Shown here: piece by piece, positions 1 through 14,000 of the stretch
Position numbering within the stretch: position 1 is the stretch's first letter
Layout: every line of letters begins with the position of its first letter
DNA from: Hormiphora californensis
Taxonomy: Eukaryota; Animalia; Ctenophora
Direction: 5' to 3'
Length of the DNA: 64,000 nt
NCBI GenBank assembly: GCA_020137815.1
Contig: CM035360.1
Location: forward strand, 7,130,001-7,194,000
Made by a program: the position numbers and the translations under genes
The notes under the pieces: model-generated
Databases searched by the model: none
Seen by the model: the letters and a program-made list of their open reading frames with translations, nothing else
What the model was told of the DNA's origin: nothing

Positions 1-32
1 AATTAATGATCAAATCTGATAACATTAGCAAG

Positions 33-3000
33 ATGGGTGATAGTGGTGATGATTATGATGACCGACATCGCCGGGATAAGTTTAAGAGGGAGAGAGATGA
101 TGAGAGAGAACACAGAGGTCCCCGAGAGGACTTTGATCACCGGTCGAGGTCCCGGGATTATGACAGAAGGCCGAGAGATTATGATAGATATCGAGAGAGA
201 TCTCCCTCCCACAAACGGGCCAAGCGAGAGTAAGTAGTGGCGTTTTAAAATGGCATTTGTAATTTCCATCAATCAATGCATACTGTAATTCGGCTGGTAT
301 ATTCAATTTGTTTTCGTAACACGTTGTTTTTAACCTCCCTGTTTTCTTTCAGTGGTTCTCCTGGACAGGGTGGTATGCCGCCTTTCTACCCTCCACCAGC
401 CTACCCACCTCCCTATGGGATGCCTCCCCCTGCTGCTCACCATTGGCCCATGTCCCACCCCCAACACGACAAGAACGGGTTAGTGGGAGTTAGTTATATA
501 GGAAATGTATCGTTATTACATTCTGGATTTGTTCTAGGACAAAAGACCGGGGATTATCTAGGATGACATCCTAGATGTTTGGACAAGGTTTTTCCCCGTG
601 TCTTCTCCGTTGACGAGGTTTAATCTTTATACTGCAGGTACGGAGGAAGGAGGGGCGATAATAACAACAACAATTCACACTCCGATGAACAGTACATGAA
701 GCGCTTCAAGCATTTCGTTGCTACACTCAAGGTTGGTACCATGTTTCTCTTTTTTTTAATGCTTAATTTCCTTATCACACAGTTTGGCAGTGAAACTGTA
801 ATTCTTGTTGATTAACGAACTCTCTATCGTCTTAGTTCCTACCCCCACCTGTTTTGTGTACAATCTTCATTCTTCAATACATTGAAAACTCTCTCCTTCA
901 TCAGGACGATATAGAGGAAGATGACGCTGTTTCCTCGTACAAAGTATACAAACGGGATTTCAAGAAAACCAGTATCACTAAATTCTTCAAAGCACATCAA
1001 AAGGAGGAATGGTAAGAACTCTTTTTTATTGTTGTCAGAATAATTTCGTGGTGTAACACAGAACACTTATATGATTGAAAAAAATATGTTTACTAAGTTT
1101 AAAGGCCGAAATGTATTTAAAGATTAAGACTGATACCCCTATCACCAGGTTGAGGGAGAGATACCATCCTGACTATGTGGAGCCAAGAAAGAAGGAACTG
1201 AAACAGTGGAAGGCAGCCAGATTGGATATTTTCAAGAAGATCCAAGAGATGGGGTACTTTGATAACACTGGAGTGTGCCACGAGGACCAGGATAAGCTAA
1301 TGAAGGCTCTTGATGCTGCTGTTATCCTTATGGAAGGTAGGTCGCCATTTGAGCAGGTAGTAGGTACTGATTCCTAATTTCACAATATCTCATGTTTACT
1401 GTTGCATTGCTGGATAAGTTGCCCGTAACATGTTTCTCTCTCTCCCCTAAAGGTGGGACTGCTCATGATCTGACTATTCTTGATGGAAGGGACGGTAACT
1501 CAGACAAACCACTAATTGCCATCCCTGTTGCTAAGATGAAGAAAGAAGAGGGGGAGAAGGAGGAAGGAGCCGCTGATTCAGATGATGACGAGGGAGCTGT
1601 AAAAGATGGTACGCTACAAATCCTTTAGAGTTTGAGTTATAGTTCGACACTAATCCTTTAGTGTTAGAGTCTAATATGTCTGTGTATTTCAGATGACTCA
1701 GAGACAGGATCAGAGGGCAAACTACCTCAGCCTCTTCACAAGCCCCAATCACTCTTTGTGCGATCCCTTACTCCTCTTATCACAAAGGAAGACATGCTCC
1801 AGGTACTAACTTTGCTATAATTCAAATTACCAGAAGGTGTGAATTGTGCATTATTGAGTTGGCACTTTCTTGGAAAGAAGACAAAATATAACGTTTCCCC
1901 AGGTGGTCAAACAACAGGAAATCCCTGGTTTTCTACGTCTCTCAATGGCTGAGCCACTCCCCGAGAGAAAGTAAGAATCCCGGGGTTTGAACTACATTAC
2001 TAAATTACTAGTAACAGAATTCAATTCAATTTACTTTATCACTAACATCTGCACACCCAGGACTGTCAATCGGAGAATTTCCGTGCGATCGTGACTTGTT
2101 ACTTGCCTTGTGTTGTCATACTTTTGTTATTATTTGTTGATTTTCCCTCCCAAATACTTCTCACATTCTTCTCCTGACAAAGTAAGTTACATTTCGTTAA
2201 TCTCCTCTTGGCTGAAGTGTACCATTATATATCTCGAACTGTCTTTATCTCTTTATGTTTCAACTTTTCTGGATTTTCCCTCAATATCTCCTGCGATTTT
2301 CTCTTGATCTGTCTCCCTCGATATATCTCTATCCCTTTGTTTGTTGTTATTGATGCTCTCACCGCTCCCAGTGAACCACACCTCCAGAAACATCACCCTA
2401 ACCTAACCTCCACCTCTACCACTCCCTCCCACTTTAGGTACTACCGCCGAGCCTGGGTGACGTTTGCCCACAACACTGATATCAAGGAGGCATGTAGTAA
2501 GCTGATGAACAGCAAGGTTGAGAAGTATGACCATGATCTGAATGTTGTGGTAAATAGGGAGCTGAGTAAACGGGTCAGGATGGTACCTCCCCTAACCAGG
2601 TTAGTCAGTTAATTGGTTACATTCATTTTGGCCGGAAAGGTAACCTAAAAACAGGGCTTCCTGATACATTTGGTGCACAGCTAGTAGCTACCCTATGCAA
2701 AACTTTCCTACATCCGAGTTACATCCCATATGTAGACCTCAGAAAAGTACATTTTTTTACCCTCGGACCGCCCCATCCTCTGACCTTAATTAGTTGCCAG
2801 TTAATTGGTCACACATATATGTAGACGTTATTAAGCTGATTGATGTTATTAGTGTTTAGCTTATTACTCAGCTGAATTTAAAATTATAGAATTTAATATT
2901 GCTAACATTGACACCACCTTCAGGTCTCTGTATGCCCTGAAAAAGGATGTGACATGGATGGAGACACTGATTGAAGAGTTGGATAAGTTGGCTGGATTGT

Positions 3001-4888
3001 GGGTGGGAGACAACACTATGAAGGATGAAGAGGAGGAAGAAGATGGGTGTAAGTTGGTTATTGAGTTGATTGGCATTGTTATCTCTCGCACTAATACTAC
3101 TACTGCAGTAGCACCTCTATCTTCTATCTAATCCCCTAATCATGAAATACTTATTCCCAGCTATATTTCATAGCCCTAGATTCCCTAATCCCCCAGCTAT
3201 ACTTTATTGTCCTATATTCCCCACAGCTCCCCGAGATGACAAGATGGATGGGGGTGTGTACAACAACCCCCTGCTGGCTGAACTGAGAGAGTTTGCTACC
3301 TCCACCCTTACTGTCCCTAAACTGGATCACGAGCTGGACCATGGGGAGACGGACGAGGATGATATCCATATTATCAAGGATGACAAACTAGCGGTAATTT
3401 ACACATATATTGGGGACAAGCGGTAATATATCATTAGATTGGTGGGACATCCTCAAAAGATTGTGTGTTTTAGGCCCCATGTCGGAATGCCACTCACCTC
3501 AAAGTCCCTTCCACAATCTCACCACCTTCCGCCTCTTGCACAATCACCTAATTCCTCTTCATCTGCAGGTGCTGGATAAAGCTATCCTCTACCTCCGTGT
3601 TGTACACATGGTTGATTTCTATAATGGGAGTCAGTTCACCAACGAGGACGAGATGCCAAATAAAATTGGAGTCTTCCATATCAGGGGGCCCTGTGAGAGC
3701 AGTGTCAGCAAGACTACCCTTCAAGATGGTATGTTGGGGATTTATTGTTCTAACTTCTAGTAAACATGAACCAACGATTAATTTCTTATTGTATGAAACA
3801 TTTAGCAAAAACATGATCTTGCAAATTACATTTCTCTCTCCCCTCAGTGAACGATTGGAACAAACAGTTAGGTGAGAAGTTGCAGCTAATTCTGGATGAG
3901 ATTCGAGGTGTTACAATAAGTGAGGAGGAGGCCAATGATATCGGACTGAAAACTGAGGAGGAGGTAGGTTTCGGATTCTCTCTCTGATTCTGTTTGACAT
4001 TTTGACATTGTGGTATTGTGGTAGGATCTTGTCATACAATAATCATGGAGACCTACCCCCCCCCCACTCCTCTCAGACAGTAGAAGAGTTTGTCAAGTTG
4101 AATACAGAGGAACAAGGTCCAGGGAAGTTCCACTGTCCTCTTTCTGGTAAAAAGTTCAAGGGTTCCGAGTTTGTTAGGAAACACATCTTTAACAAACATG
4201 CTGAAAAGGTGGAGGGCGTGAAGAAAGATGTAAGTTGAAAACAATAAAAAAACTCAGAATATTATAGCTTTAAATTTTAATCGATAATTATTAATTTTCT
4301 TTTTTAACTTAAATATTCTGTTCTAGGCTGTATTCTGGAACAAGTACGTCCAAGACCCGAGGAGACCTATGGATCCTCTTGTCCCTCCCGTCCAGAATTC
4401 TAACAACAACAACTCCAATTCCTACAACAACCATGGTCACCACCATAACAATAACAACAATAATAACAACTACAACAACCAGCCCAGAAATATTCCCCAC
4501 CATCCCGGTTTCCCCGCTCCGTACGGATTCCCAACTCCCTTCCCCGCAGCGTGAGTGTACAACGCGCGCACGCGGTCCTTTCTGCGCGGTACAAAGCACA
4601 CAATTCAGCACTGCGTCCACGAGCTGTTTGATTAAAACACCGCGGCATCAACAGTCTTGTTTTCAATCCCGCTGTATTGTGTGTGAAACCTTCTGTCAGA
4701 GCATTGGGCATTGGCCTGAACCTATTCTGTGGTCAGAGCATTGGCCTAACAGGAAACCTTTCCCTGTTGGTTTGCTCAACACCCTTACTAACAGCTATCT
4801 TGTTTTCAGGCCTGTACCCAAGGGACGCAAGATGGTGAATTACAACGACCTCGATGCCCCCGATGAGTACGATGTTCTCGGACTTTAA
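33..4888 (+). CDS. SRRT: ARS2/SERRATE RNA effector homolog, multi-exon
   Basis: N-terminus [21 protein letters not shown]; internal exons ([25 protein letters not shown]); zinc finger [25 protein letters not shown] (about 4125-4200); C-terminus [15 protein letters not shown]; GT-AG introns between the pieces. Confidence 0.93.
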
Positions 4889-5095
4889 GTTCAATGTTCG
4901 GAGAGAGTGAAAGAGAGAAAGTGAAGAGTTGATGTTGGTTTCTCTATCAGAAATATTTTAGGGCAAATCTGACAAAACAGAGTTTACAGAGAAGACATAC
5001 ATATGTTCAAAATCAATATTCAATTTGGTGTTACAAGTTTTAAAACAAGAAAATTTTAATTTGAAAAACCATAAACCGGGAACAAAACAATTATA

Positions 5096-8000
5096 TCACT
5101 TTCCCAAAACATACCTGTAACACATTCTCAGCCCTTTAAATACGTTATAGACTATCACCCCTACCATCCACAACACTCCCATAACCCAATCCCTCACTCC
5201 CATACCTTCTTTCCTTCCTTTCTCCCCCTTGTAAAACTGCACTGTTTCTCTTATTGCCTGACCAAGTGTCTGAGGCTCACTCAAACTCTCCCTAACCCAA
5301 GTCGGCAACAAACCAACATGCCTCGTAAATCTTTGATCCATTAACACCATCATACCTCTATCATTCTTGTGCCGTATAGCCCTTCCTATAGCTTGGTTTA
5401 CAGCCCTAAACGCACACTGTTTGTACCAGTCTTTACCACTCAGGCCACACTTTGTAAGGAATTCCATTTTTAGTTTCACTAACTCATCCCCGATGTAGGA
5501 GAATGGGATTCCTATCACTATTACAGAACTAACATCAGGCAAATCAATCCCTTCACTTAGTTTTCCTCTACAAACTGCGAATAGAGCTGTGTCTGCAGCT
5601 CTGAATTGTTCAATAGTCTCCGGAAGTTGGTCTTTAGCTCGGGGCTCAACCAGCAGCTTTTTGTGCTGAAACGAGAGATAAGAATTACACAAGTATGATT
5701 ATATGGGGTCTGGTAAGGCTGCTAGTGTGCGTGTCAGTATATGTGACCGCTTGGAATATGATAGAATTCACCGCAAGAATCCAGGATGAAGGATCACACT
5801 CCCACGCGAGATGGTTGGTAACGAAGTTACCCCTCCCTTGCCGGCTGCTAGTGTGCGTGTCAGTATATGTGACCGCTTGGAATATGATAGAATTCACCGC
5901 AAGAATCCAGGATGAAGGATCACACTCCCACGCGAGATGGTTGGTAACGAAGTTACCCCTCCCTTGCCGGCGCGCGAAGCGCGCCAAACGAAGGCCGCTT
6001 GGATACCAAGGGGGGGGTGACACGTAACACTTTGTAACACTTTGTAACATGTGCAGAAAACTTTTTGTGCACGTTACATGTTACAAAGTGTTACATAGTG
6101 TTACAAAGTGTTACATAGTGTTACAAAGTGTTACATAGTGTTACAAAGTGTTACATAGTGTTACAAAGTGTTACATAGTGTTACAAAGTGTTACATAGTG
6201 TTACAAAGTGTTACATAGTGTTACAAAGTGTTACATAGTGTTACAAAGTGTTACATAGTGTTACAAAGTGTTACAAATTGTTACATAGTGTTACAAAGTG
6301 TCACAAAGTGTTACATAGTGTCACAAAGTGTTACAAATTGTTACAAAGTGTTACAAATTGTTACAAAAACACAAGGATTTGTAGCGAAGCACATTTTCAA
6401 TCTTTGACCAAAAAATTGATTTTGGAAAAATTTTATTTCTTTTTCCAACAGAAACGTCGTATATCATTTTATTAAGTACAAAGAATCGATTACCTATGAA
6501 AAAAAGTCAATTGGGTCACAACTCACAGGTGACTCAGCACATTGGGGGCCTCTGAGAGGCACAATACTTCTAATATCACTCTAAAAACTTTACCGTTGTC
6601 TAAAGTTCATATTTTTCTTTACCAAATGGACTATTTCAGCCCTGATTTCCACAGTCGATGACATCGGAGGCTCAAAACATCCGCAAATTAGTAAAAAAGT
6701 GTATGTTTTAACCCTAGAAATGATTTAAAACTTTTAGATGTGTTCTAGAAAGACACCAAAGTCGTTCAAATTACTTATTCACCAACCGTTGAAAATTTGC
6801 TTCGCTACAAATCCTTGTGTTTTGTAACAATTTGTAACACTTTGTAACAATTTGTAACAATTTGTAACACTTTGTAACAATTTGTAACACTTTGTGACAC
6901 TTTGTAACACTTTGTAACACTATGTAACAGTTTGTAACACTATGTAACACTTTGTAACACTATGTAACACTATGTAACACTTTGTAACACTTTGTAACAC
7001 TTTGTAACACTATGTAACACTATGTAACACTTTGTTACACTATGTAACACTTTGTAACACTATGTAACACTTTGTAACATGTGCAGAAAACTTTTTGTGC
7101 ACGTTACATGTTACAAAGTGTTACAAAGTGTTACGTGTCACCCCCCCCCCATACCAAGCGAGATGGACAGTATTGAGAGAGATAGCGAATCCCACACACT
7201 TTCTCGCGTGCGCGCCAACATAAGTGTACTTGTGTCACAGCGCGTTACGTTGATGATGGTGTACCATATTTGCTGCGCCAGTATTCTGATATAAAGTCGA
7301 ATTTTTTATTTAAGCGACAGGCCGCCGCGCATCAAAATGCAGCGCTTGAAATCGATTTCCGGTTCCTGATAAGCTAGCGGCTTTTTCTTAAAAGCAAAGC
7401 AAAGCAAAGCAAGGCGACTAGGATAAATCCAATGTCGGGGTGCTGATATCCCTTTCTATGGCGTTTCAGCCACGGTCCTTTCGGTACAGATTTCTCTGCA
7501 GCATAGCCGGGCGCCACCCCACTGCAACAACAATTAGATTGTGTTCTAGTGTATGCACTCGTGTCACTTTCGGGTCTCTCAAGAGAGCCCCTACCAATCA
7601 TAGCTTGGTGGACTAGACGACATGCGCTAGACCAGGATCGAACCCGGGACCTAGTGCGTGAGAGTTGAGTGTACTAGCCACTACACCATCCTGCCGACAG
7701 TGCCATTGGAAAGATAAAATTTTTATCTTTCTAACGCAACCAGAATCAAGTCTTTATCTTATCAGGAACCGGAGATATGGCCAATTAACCAATTGAGTGC
7801 GCGGCGGCCTGTCGCTTAAATAAAAAATTCGACTAAAGTCGGATTTTTTGAAGTTGTCACCCCCAAATGACCGCGCATGTGAAATTTATCAATTTTGACG
7901 CGCACACCACACGTTAACATCTGATGTGACGCGCAAAAACATTCCGCGCACGAGAAGGGGGGTGACAACTTCAAAAAATCCGACTTTATATTGGGCCACG

Positions 8001-11000
8001 ATTCCCAAAATCCCACAAGTCAGATTCCTCCTTCAGAACCACTAACCTTAGCTAGAGACTGCCAGACAGTACCGCTGTGCCAGTGATCCCTTGCTGTAGA
8101 GAGGACGGTGTAAGAGGGAAAGAACACGAGAAGAGAACCGGGGGTAACTCGGAAATAGTTGATTAGGGTGGTTCCTAGAGAGTTTAGGTAGGCTGGAGTG
8201 GAACGGTTCTTATAGCTAGCATCTAGCACCTCCCCATCACTCCCCTCAGACAGAATCTAAAAGGTGTTAAAAGTGAGGGAGAGTTAAATTCAGGCCAAGC
8301 AATTCCTAGTTCCAATATCTTCGTATTATTTCGTTTAGATTGTCCGAGAATTCTGAAATCTCTACAAATTCAGCTACTGATAAGACAACAATGACAGAGC
8401 ACCATTGATAAGACACCTACCTGGACTGCTAACTGATCCCTCCCTATAACATGTCCGTTTTGTAACACAACTTTAAACTCCACGCCTAGCTCCTTCACAA
8501 GACTGGATAGAGGGGATATAGTACCACTGGTCACCAGGATAGACCTCCCACAGATATCACTTAGAGTTCGGAGAGAGACAGCCGGGTCCAGGCAGACACA
8601 TGTTAGGTTATCATCCGCTACCTGAGAGATCTTATTGGTCTTGGGAACTATTATAATACAGAGGTATGGGGTTTTAGAGGGGATTTATAGAGTCGTGAAT
8701 TGTAGTGCTATAGGAATGTCTATAAAAGTCACAATTAGAATTAGCTAACGCTCTTGTTTTGCTACCCCGCGGTGAGAGAGGGTCGAACAACGATCCACAT
8801 TATAATAAAGGGAAGTTGGTTTTCTATCAACTCACCATAACATGGTACCTGTCCTGAACCTTATGTTCCACAACCCACAACACATTCCTTAGAAACTCCC
8901 CTAACTGCCCCTCAGGGGCCTCACTGGGCAGGTTTACATCCCCAATACTCCGAAACAACATCCCCTCACCTCCATCAGCTACCTCGGATAAAAACTCGCA
9001 CAACTCCTCCCCATCTTGATCACTTTGTTGTTTGTAGTTGTCCAGGGCAGTGAGGGGTAGAAGGAAGGAGAAACCGGCCTCACAGAAACTAGCAATGTTG
9101 TGGGCTTCATCAAATATCACTATTGAATTCTGGAGGATATAGTGGTGTTTCGGGGTACAATTAAATAGTAAAGTGTATTATTATACGTCACAGCTCACGG
9201 GAAATCGGGAAACGAATTATTAATTTGAGTTCTACGGACCTTGATAATCCCGTGGTATCTAGACCGGAGGTTCATGTCAGTCAGGTAGTTGTACGGTAGT
9301 AACACAAGATCACTTGTCAGCGCTTGTTTTCTAGCTGTGTAATAAGGACAAACCCCGGCCGACTGGCAACTGTAAAATGGGGGAATTAGTGGAAATAATA
9401 ATCTCGATTTTCTATTATGTTTTTTCTGGAAAGATCTCGACCCTGGAATTATTGAGATAAACTCACCTCTACTCGATTAATTCTCAATTCTTGTATTGTT
9501 CATACAATACGCGGGAGAGGTGCAACAGCACAACTCAATTCTAAAAACATTGAAAACATGCAAAACAAGAACCTGTTCACAAAGTCTTCAATATCACTGC
9601 TAGGATGCTGTTGTTTCGAGTCAGGTCGAGCTGCATTCTTGAAACCCCTGTGGTAGACGCAATTGCTCTCTTTGATTTTTCTAGCACATTCTTGGAACTG
9701 AGAGAAGGGGGGAGAAACTGATTAAAATAATACCCGGGGAAACCTATAATATCATTGAAAAACCCTGAAAAACTCAGTGGGTTTTGCTTTTGTAGAGCTC
9801 ATAATACCGCAGAGCAACTTACAAAAAAGTTCGGGTACTTTTGTGTTTGGGGTATAGGGTAAACCGGGGCAAAATGGTTAACTTTTTACTTAATCGGTTC
9901 TCACCCCCGTTTAAACAAGAATTATTATTGCATTATGTTTCATAATGCTGTGTTTCCCTGCCAACGAATACTCCAACCGATCACTGATAAACGATGAGAT
10001 CTGGTAAGAGCCGCTCACAGTCACACCAGACGATACCGTGCAATGTGATCTGATCGTCGTCCGCCAACGCCTAATTACAATGTTATGTGAGACGAAGCTA
10101 TGCATGGGATACTTCTCACGTTCCCTCAGTCACCATACTAACGAGCTGAGCTTTCAACGCCTTTTAGTTTCAATCAGATTTACCAAGAAGTCAAATCCAT
10201 TCGAGCGCTACGGCTATGCTGTAACGCGCGAGGTGTGTATACATACGCTGCATTGAGAGTGTGCGCGCGCACAAGTTTTGAGCGCGCGCCACCGAAATCC
10301 GTACTGTAATAACTTTGCGGACGACGCTTTCAAAATGGATCGGTTGTCAGGCGTTGTCCGTGACGGACGGACGGATATTTAGTTAACTACACGATCTGCT
10401 GATTTCTAAACCCTGAATGATCTTTTTAGCACGTGTGTGCTAAAAACATCATCCCGGGTGATTGCCTTCGGCAATCACCCGGGCAGGGAAAAAAAGATAA
10501 GATGAAAACAAGAATTATTGCATTATGTGTTCATAATGCTGTGTTTCCCTGCCCTACCGTTTCACGTATCACTGCCAACAGGATCAAGGCTTGGTCATAA
10601 TGTAATGTGAGATGCATACGATCTAGCTGTCAGTATACTTCTCACATAGCTTAGAGTTAGCTAACTCCCAATCACATGACACTTGCTAACCAGCTTTTGA
10701 CATTCCAACTTAACTACTTATCTAAAATCTCACACTCGACTCGCAAGATGAAAATGTGTATGTAACACGCGAAACGCGCGGCAGAGCATTTCATGTTTTG
10801 TTGAGTGGCGCGCGCACACACGTCCATCAAACTGTGTCAAGGATTTTTAAGGATTTAAACAGGATTTAAACAATATACATCTATAATGGTACTTCATTGT
10901 CAGATGAAAAAGAAAGTTAAAGATGCTAAGGTGATTAAGGTTAAATTTAAGTTTAAAATCATTAGGCAAAAACATGACGCTCGGGTACGGTATAAAAGGA

Positions 11001-14000
11001 AAACGTACATGAAGGGAATAAATAAATAAATTAAAAAGACACAATAAAAGGGCTAAAAAGCGTAAAGTGGTCAACAGGGGCAGGGTTAAAGATTACAGGG
11101 GAAAAAAGGGGGGAGCGATATAAAAAATAAAACGTGTAGTAGTAAAAAAAAGAATAAATCTCGTAGAAAAATAAAACTCAGGGGGACGGGAAAAAACTGC
11201 AGCAGGCAAGCAAAACTCACAAATATAAAACACGTATAAGAAATGGGAGAGTTCGTGAAGGTGCCAGCAACCTTGGACTTTCTGGGAACTGGTGGTGGGG
11301 TTGAGTATGCTCAACTAGTGTTTGGTGGGTAACAAAGTTGGATTGGATTGCCGAGATGGAATCCATATCCTAGCGGGCTGTTGAGGGTACTCAACGTTTC
11401 AGGGAGTCATGAAGACTCGGTGGGGCCGAGTAAGCTCACGCTGCTCAGAACTCAACGAAGGTGGATGGTCTTTAATGTGATTGGGATCCATATCCTAACG
11501 GTTGGTTGAGAATGCTCAACGTTTCAAAGGATATATAGAAATTGGATAGGATTGCCGTAATGGAATCCATATCCTAACGGGATGTTGAGAATACTCAGCG
11601 TATCAGTGGGTATCAAAGACTCAGTGGGAGTGAGTAAGCTCACGCTGATCGGCGAGAGTGGATGGTGTTATGTGATTGGGATCCATATCCTAGCGGTTGG
11701 TTGAGAATGCTCAACGATTCAAAGGATAAATAGAAAATGGATAGGATTGCCGTAATGGAATCCATATCCTAACGATGTGTTGAGAGTAATCAACGTTTCA
11801 GTGGGAATTGGTGGATGGACCCGTGTCTCTGATGAAATCCTGTCTTCTAGAGAAAGCTTTTTCGATGTAGATTGCGGTCTGACGGACTGGGTCGATAGTG
11901 TCATCGGCCGACGGTTTGAAAAGGTGTCTGAGTCTGACCACTACCAGCCGAGGGGAGGTACTTTTTGGTATACGGGCTCTTAGGTCCTCATAAAGGGGGC
12001 ATTTCAGGAGGAAGTGGGGTTCGTCTTCGGTGATTCGGTCATAGTGGGGCAGTTCACTTAGGAGCTCAAGAGAGGCGATGTCGGATGTGTTGCAGTACGG
12101 GCACAGTCTCTCTTTTTCCAGTGAGAATCCACCCTTTCGATACTTTTCAAAACGTCCCCGCTCGATGTTGAGGCCATGAGAAGCCGACCTAATCTGAGCC
12201 ACTCTCTTGGCTAGATTTCGCTCCAAAGACAAGTATGGTTCGGGTTCGAACTTGACTTTAACGCTATTGTAGAAGGATAGCTTCCTGTTAGACTCTCTGG
12301 ATTCCTCCCAGCTATTCAAGAAGCTTTCAGTGGTGTGTTTCCGGACAAAGTTGATAATACTGGAATACCAAACCAGTTCTGACTGGGTTTGTTCTCGGAA
12401 CGTGTATACCAAAAGTGGGGTACTGACATCTATGATGTGATCCATGGGGAAGTTTGCTGACATCTCTGCTGCCCGGTTGAAATACCTCAGGACTCCAGGC
12501 TTCAGCGAATAAGCAAGGGGGGTCCGGCCTGTGTCACCCCACATGACAACATTAGGGGATTTTCTGGATACTCCAAGGGCGAGTTTGAGAAATGTTAGGT
12601 GGAGTTTTTCAAGTGGGTCTGAGGCTAAGGCCTTCAGATCGGGGCAGGTTGACTTATTGAGTTTTGACCAGGTGGTTATCGGTAGCCATACCTGGTTACA
12701 GTAGGATGCTATAGGTAGGATCAGATGGTCAAACAACTTGAGAATAAGATCAGGGGGGAGGACTGAGAGGTGTCAATGAGATGTTTGATGAAGGAGTAGC
12801 TCGTCACTGTGCGTGCGGCTCTAGTTGCTACACCGTTGCCCCTCGCAACGAAAGTGTGACCAAAATGGTCCCTCTACCGATTAGTTAGTATACCAAAATG
12901 TCGTTTTCGAATTCTAATACAAAGTAAAAAAATTCTAATACAAAGTAAAAAGGCATCCGGGTGAATGCCTTCGGCATTCACCCGGGCAGGGGAAAAATTA
13001 TGTAGGATTAAAGTTCATTATTTCATCGTTCAAATAAGATAAATTTTAACTCTAGGGACCATTATTTACTTAATTAAATACCTAATTTAAAAATTTTGGT
13101 AGGCAAAATTGGTACTGGGGCAAAATGGTTAACTCGCCCGTAGCGCCAAAACTAAGCATTTTAGAGTATATGTTTGTTCATAAGTCATATATAAACCTGG
13201 CCATTCCGGAGCGGATTCTATAAGGAAAAATCAATTGGGTCACCCAATTAGCCACAATCAGCATACCCATCTTGGCACACACAAAAGACGTCATATTTCA
13301 CTGGGATTTCACTAATTCGCCATTTATGAGTTATAACTCCAAAACTAAGCATTTTATACCATATGTTGCTTCATAAGGCCATGTTTATATATGACTTATG
13401 AAGCAAAATGTGGTCTCAAATGCTTAGTTTTGGAGTTATGGGCGAATTAGTGAAATACGAGTACTTGTGGACTGGTTAACATACCCGAGTTCTTTTTTCG
13501 TAAGTTGGTCCAGGTATTATAACATTTCATGGTGCCCTAATATGAATGCACGCCTATGAATCTTATTGAGTAAGGGGTATGGAGCGCTAGTAGTACTCTG
13601 TAGCCTTATCCTCTACGTGATCAAAGTGCCGCCACCCAAGTATGCGTTGTTATCAGTAGATAAGTAATGTTATTATTAATAATTATTCCGGTCAACTTAA
13701 TTAAAAGACATTTATTGTCCAACGCAGTGCCCGCCTCCATGCCCTTTGCGTTCTAATTTGGGCAATGTTCCTATGTCTTATCTCTAGAAGGAACAGATTT
13801 GGGCTAACATCCCGCTAACATATTTGAACACCTCAAGAGACGAGAAGAAACAATGAAGCTCCCTGGATTAACATCTTATTAAGATCTTAAACTGATTATA
13901 TTTTGGGATAATGTTCTGACAGGTTCTAACCCTCTTCTGTTTTCTGTTCTAGTGTCGGAACAGCAGCACAGGTATTATAACATTTCATGGTGCCCTAATG

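Noticed and set aside
6075-7080. Regular short repeats resembling a CRISPR array
   Set aside because: No unique spacers; it is a minisatellite inside a eukaryotic foldback element
7630-7695. Possible tRNA-Glu gene
   Set aside because: A and B boxes are present but the stems do not pair, and it continues into a body and simple-repeat tail, so it is a SINE head
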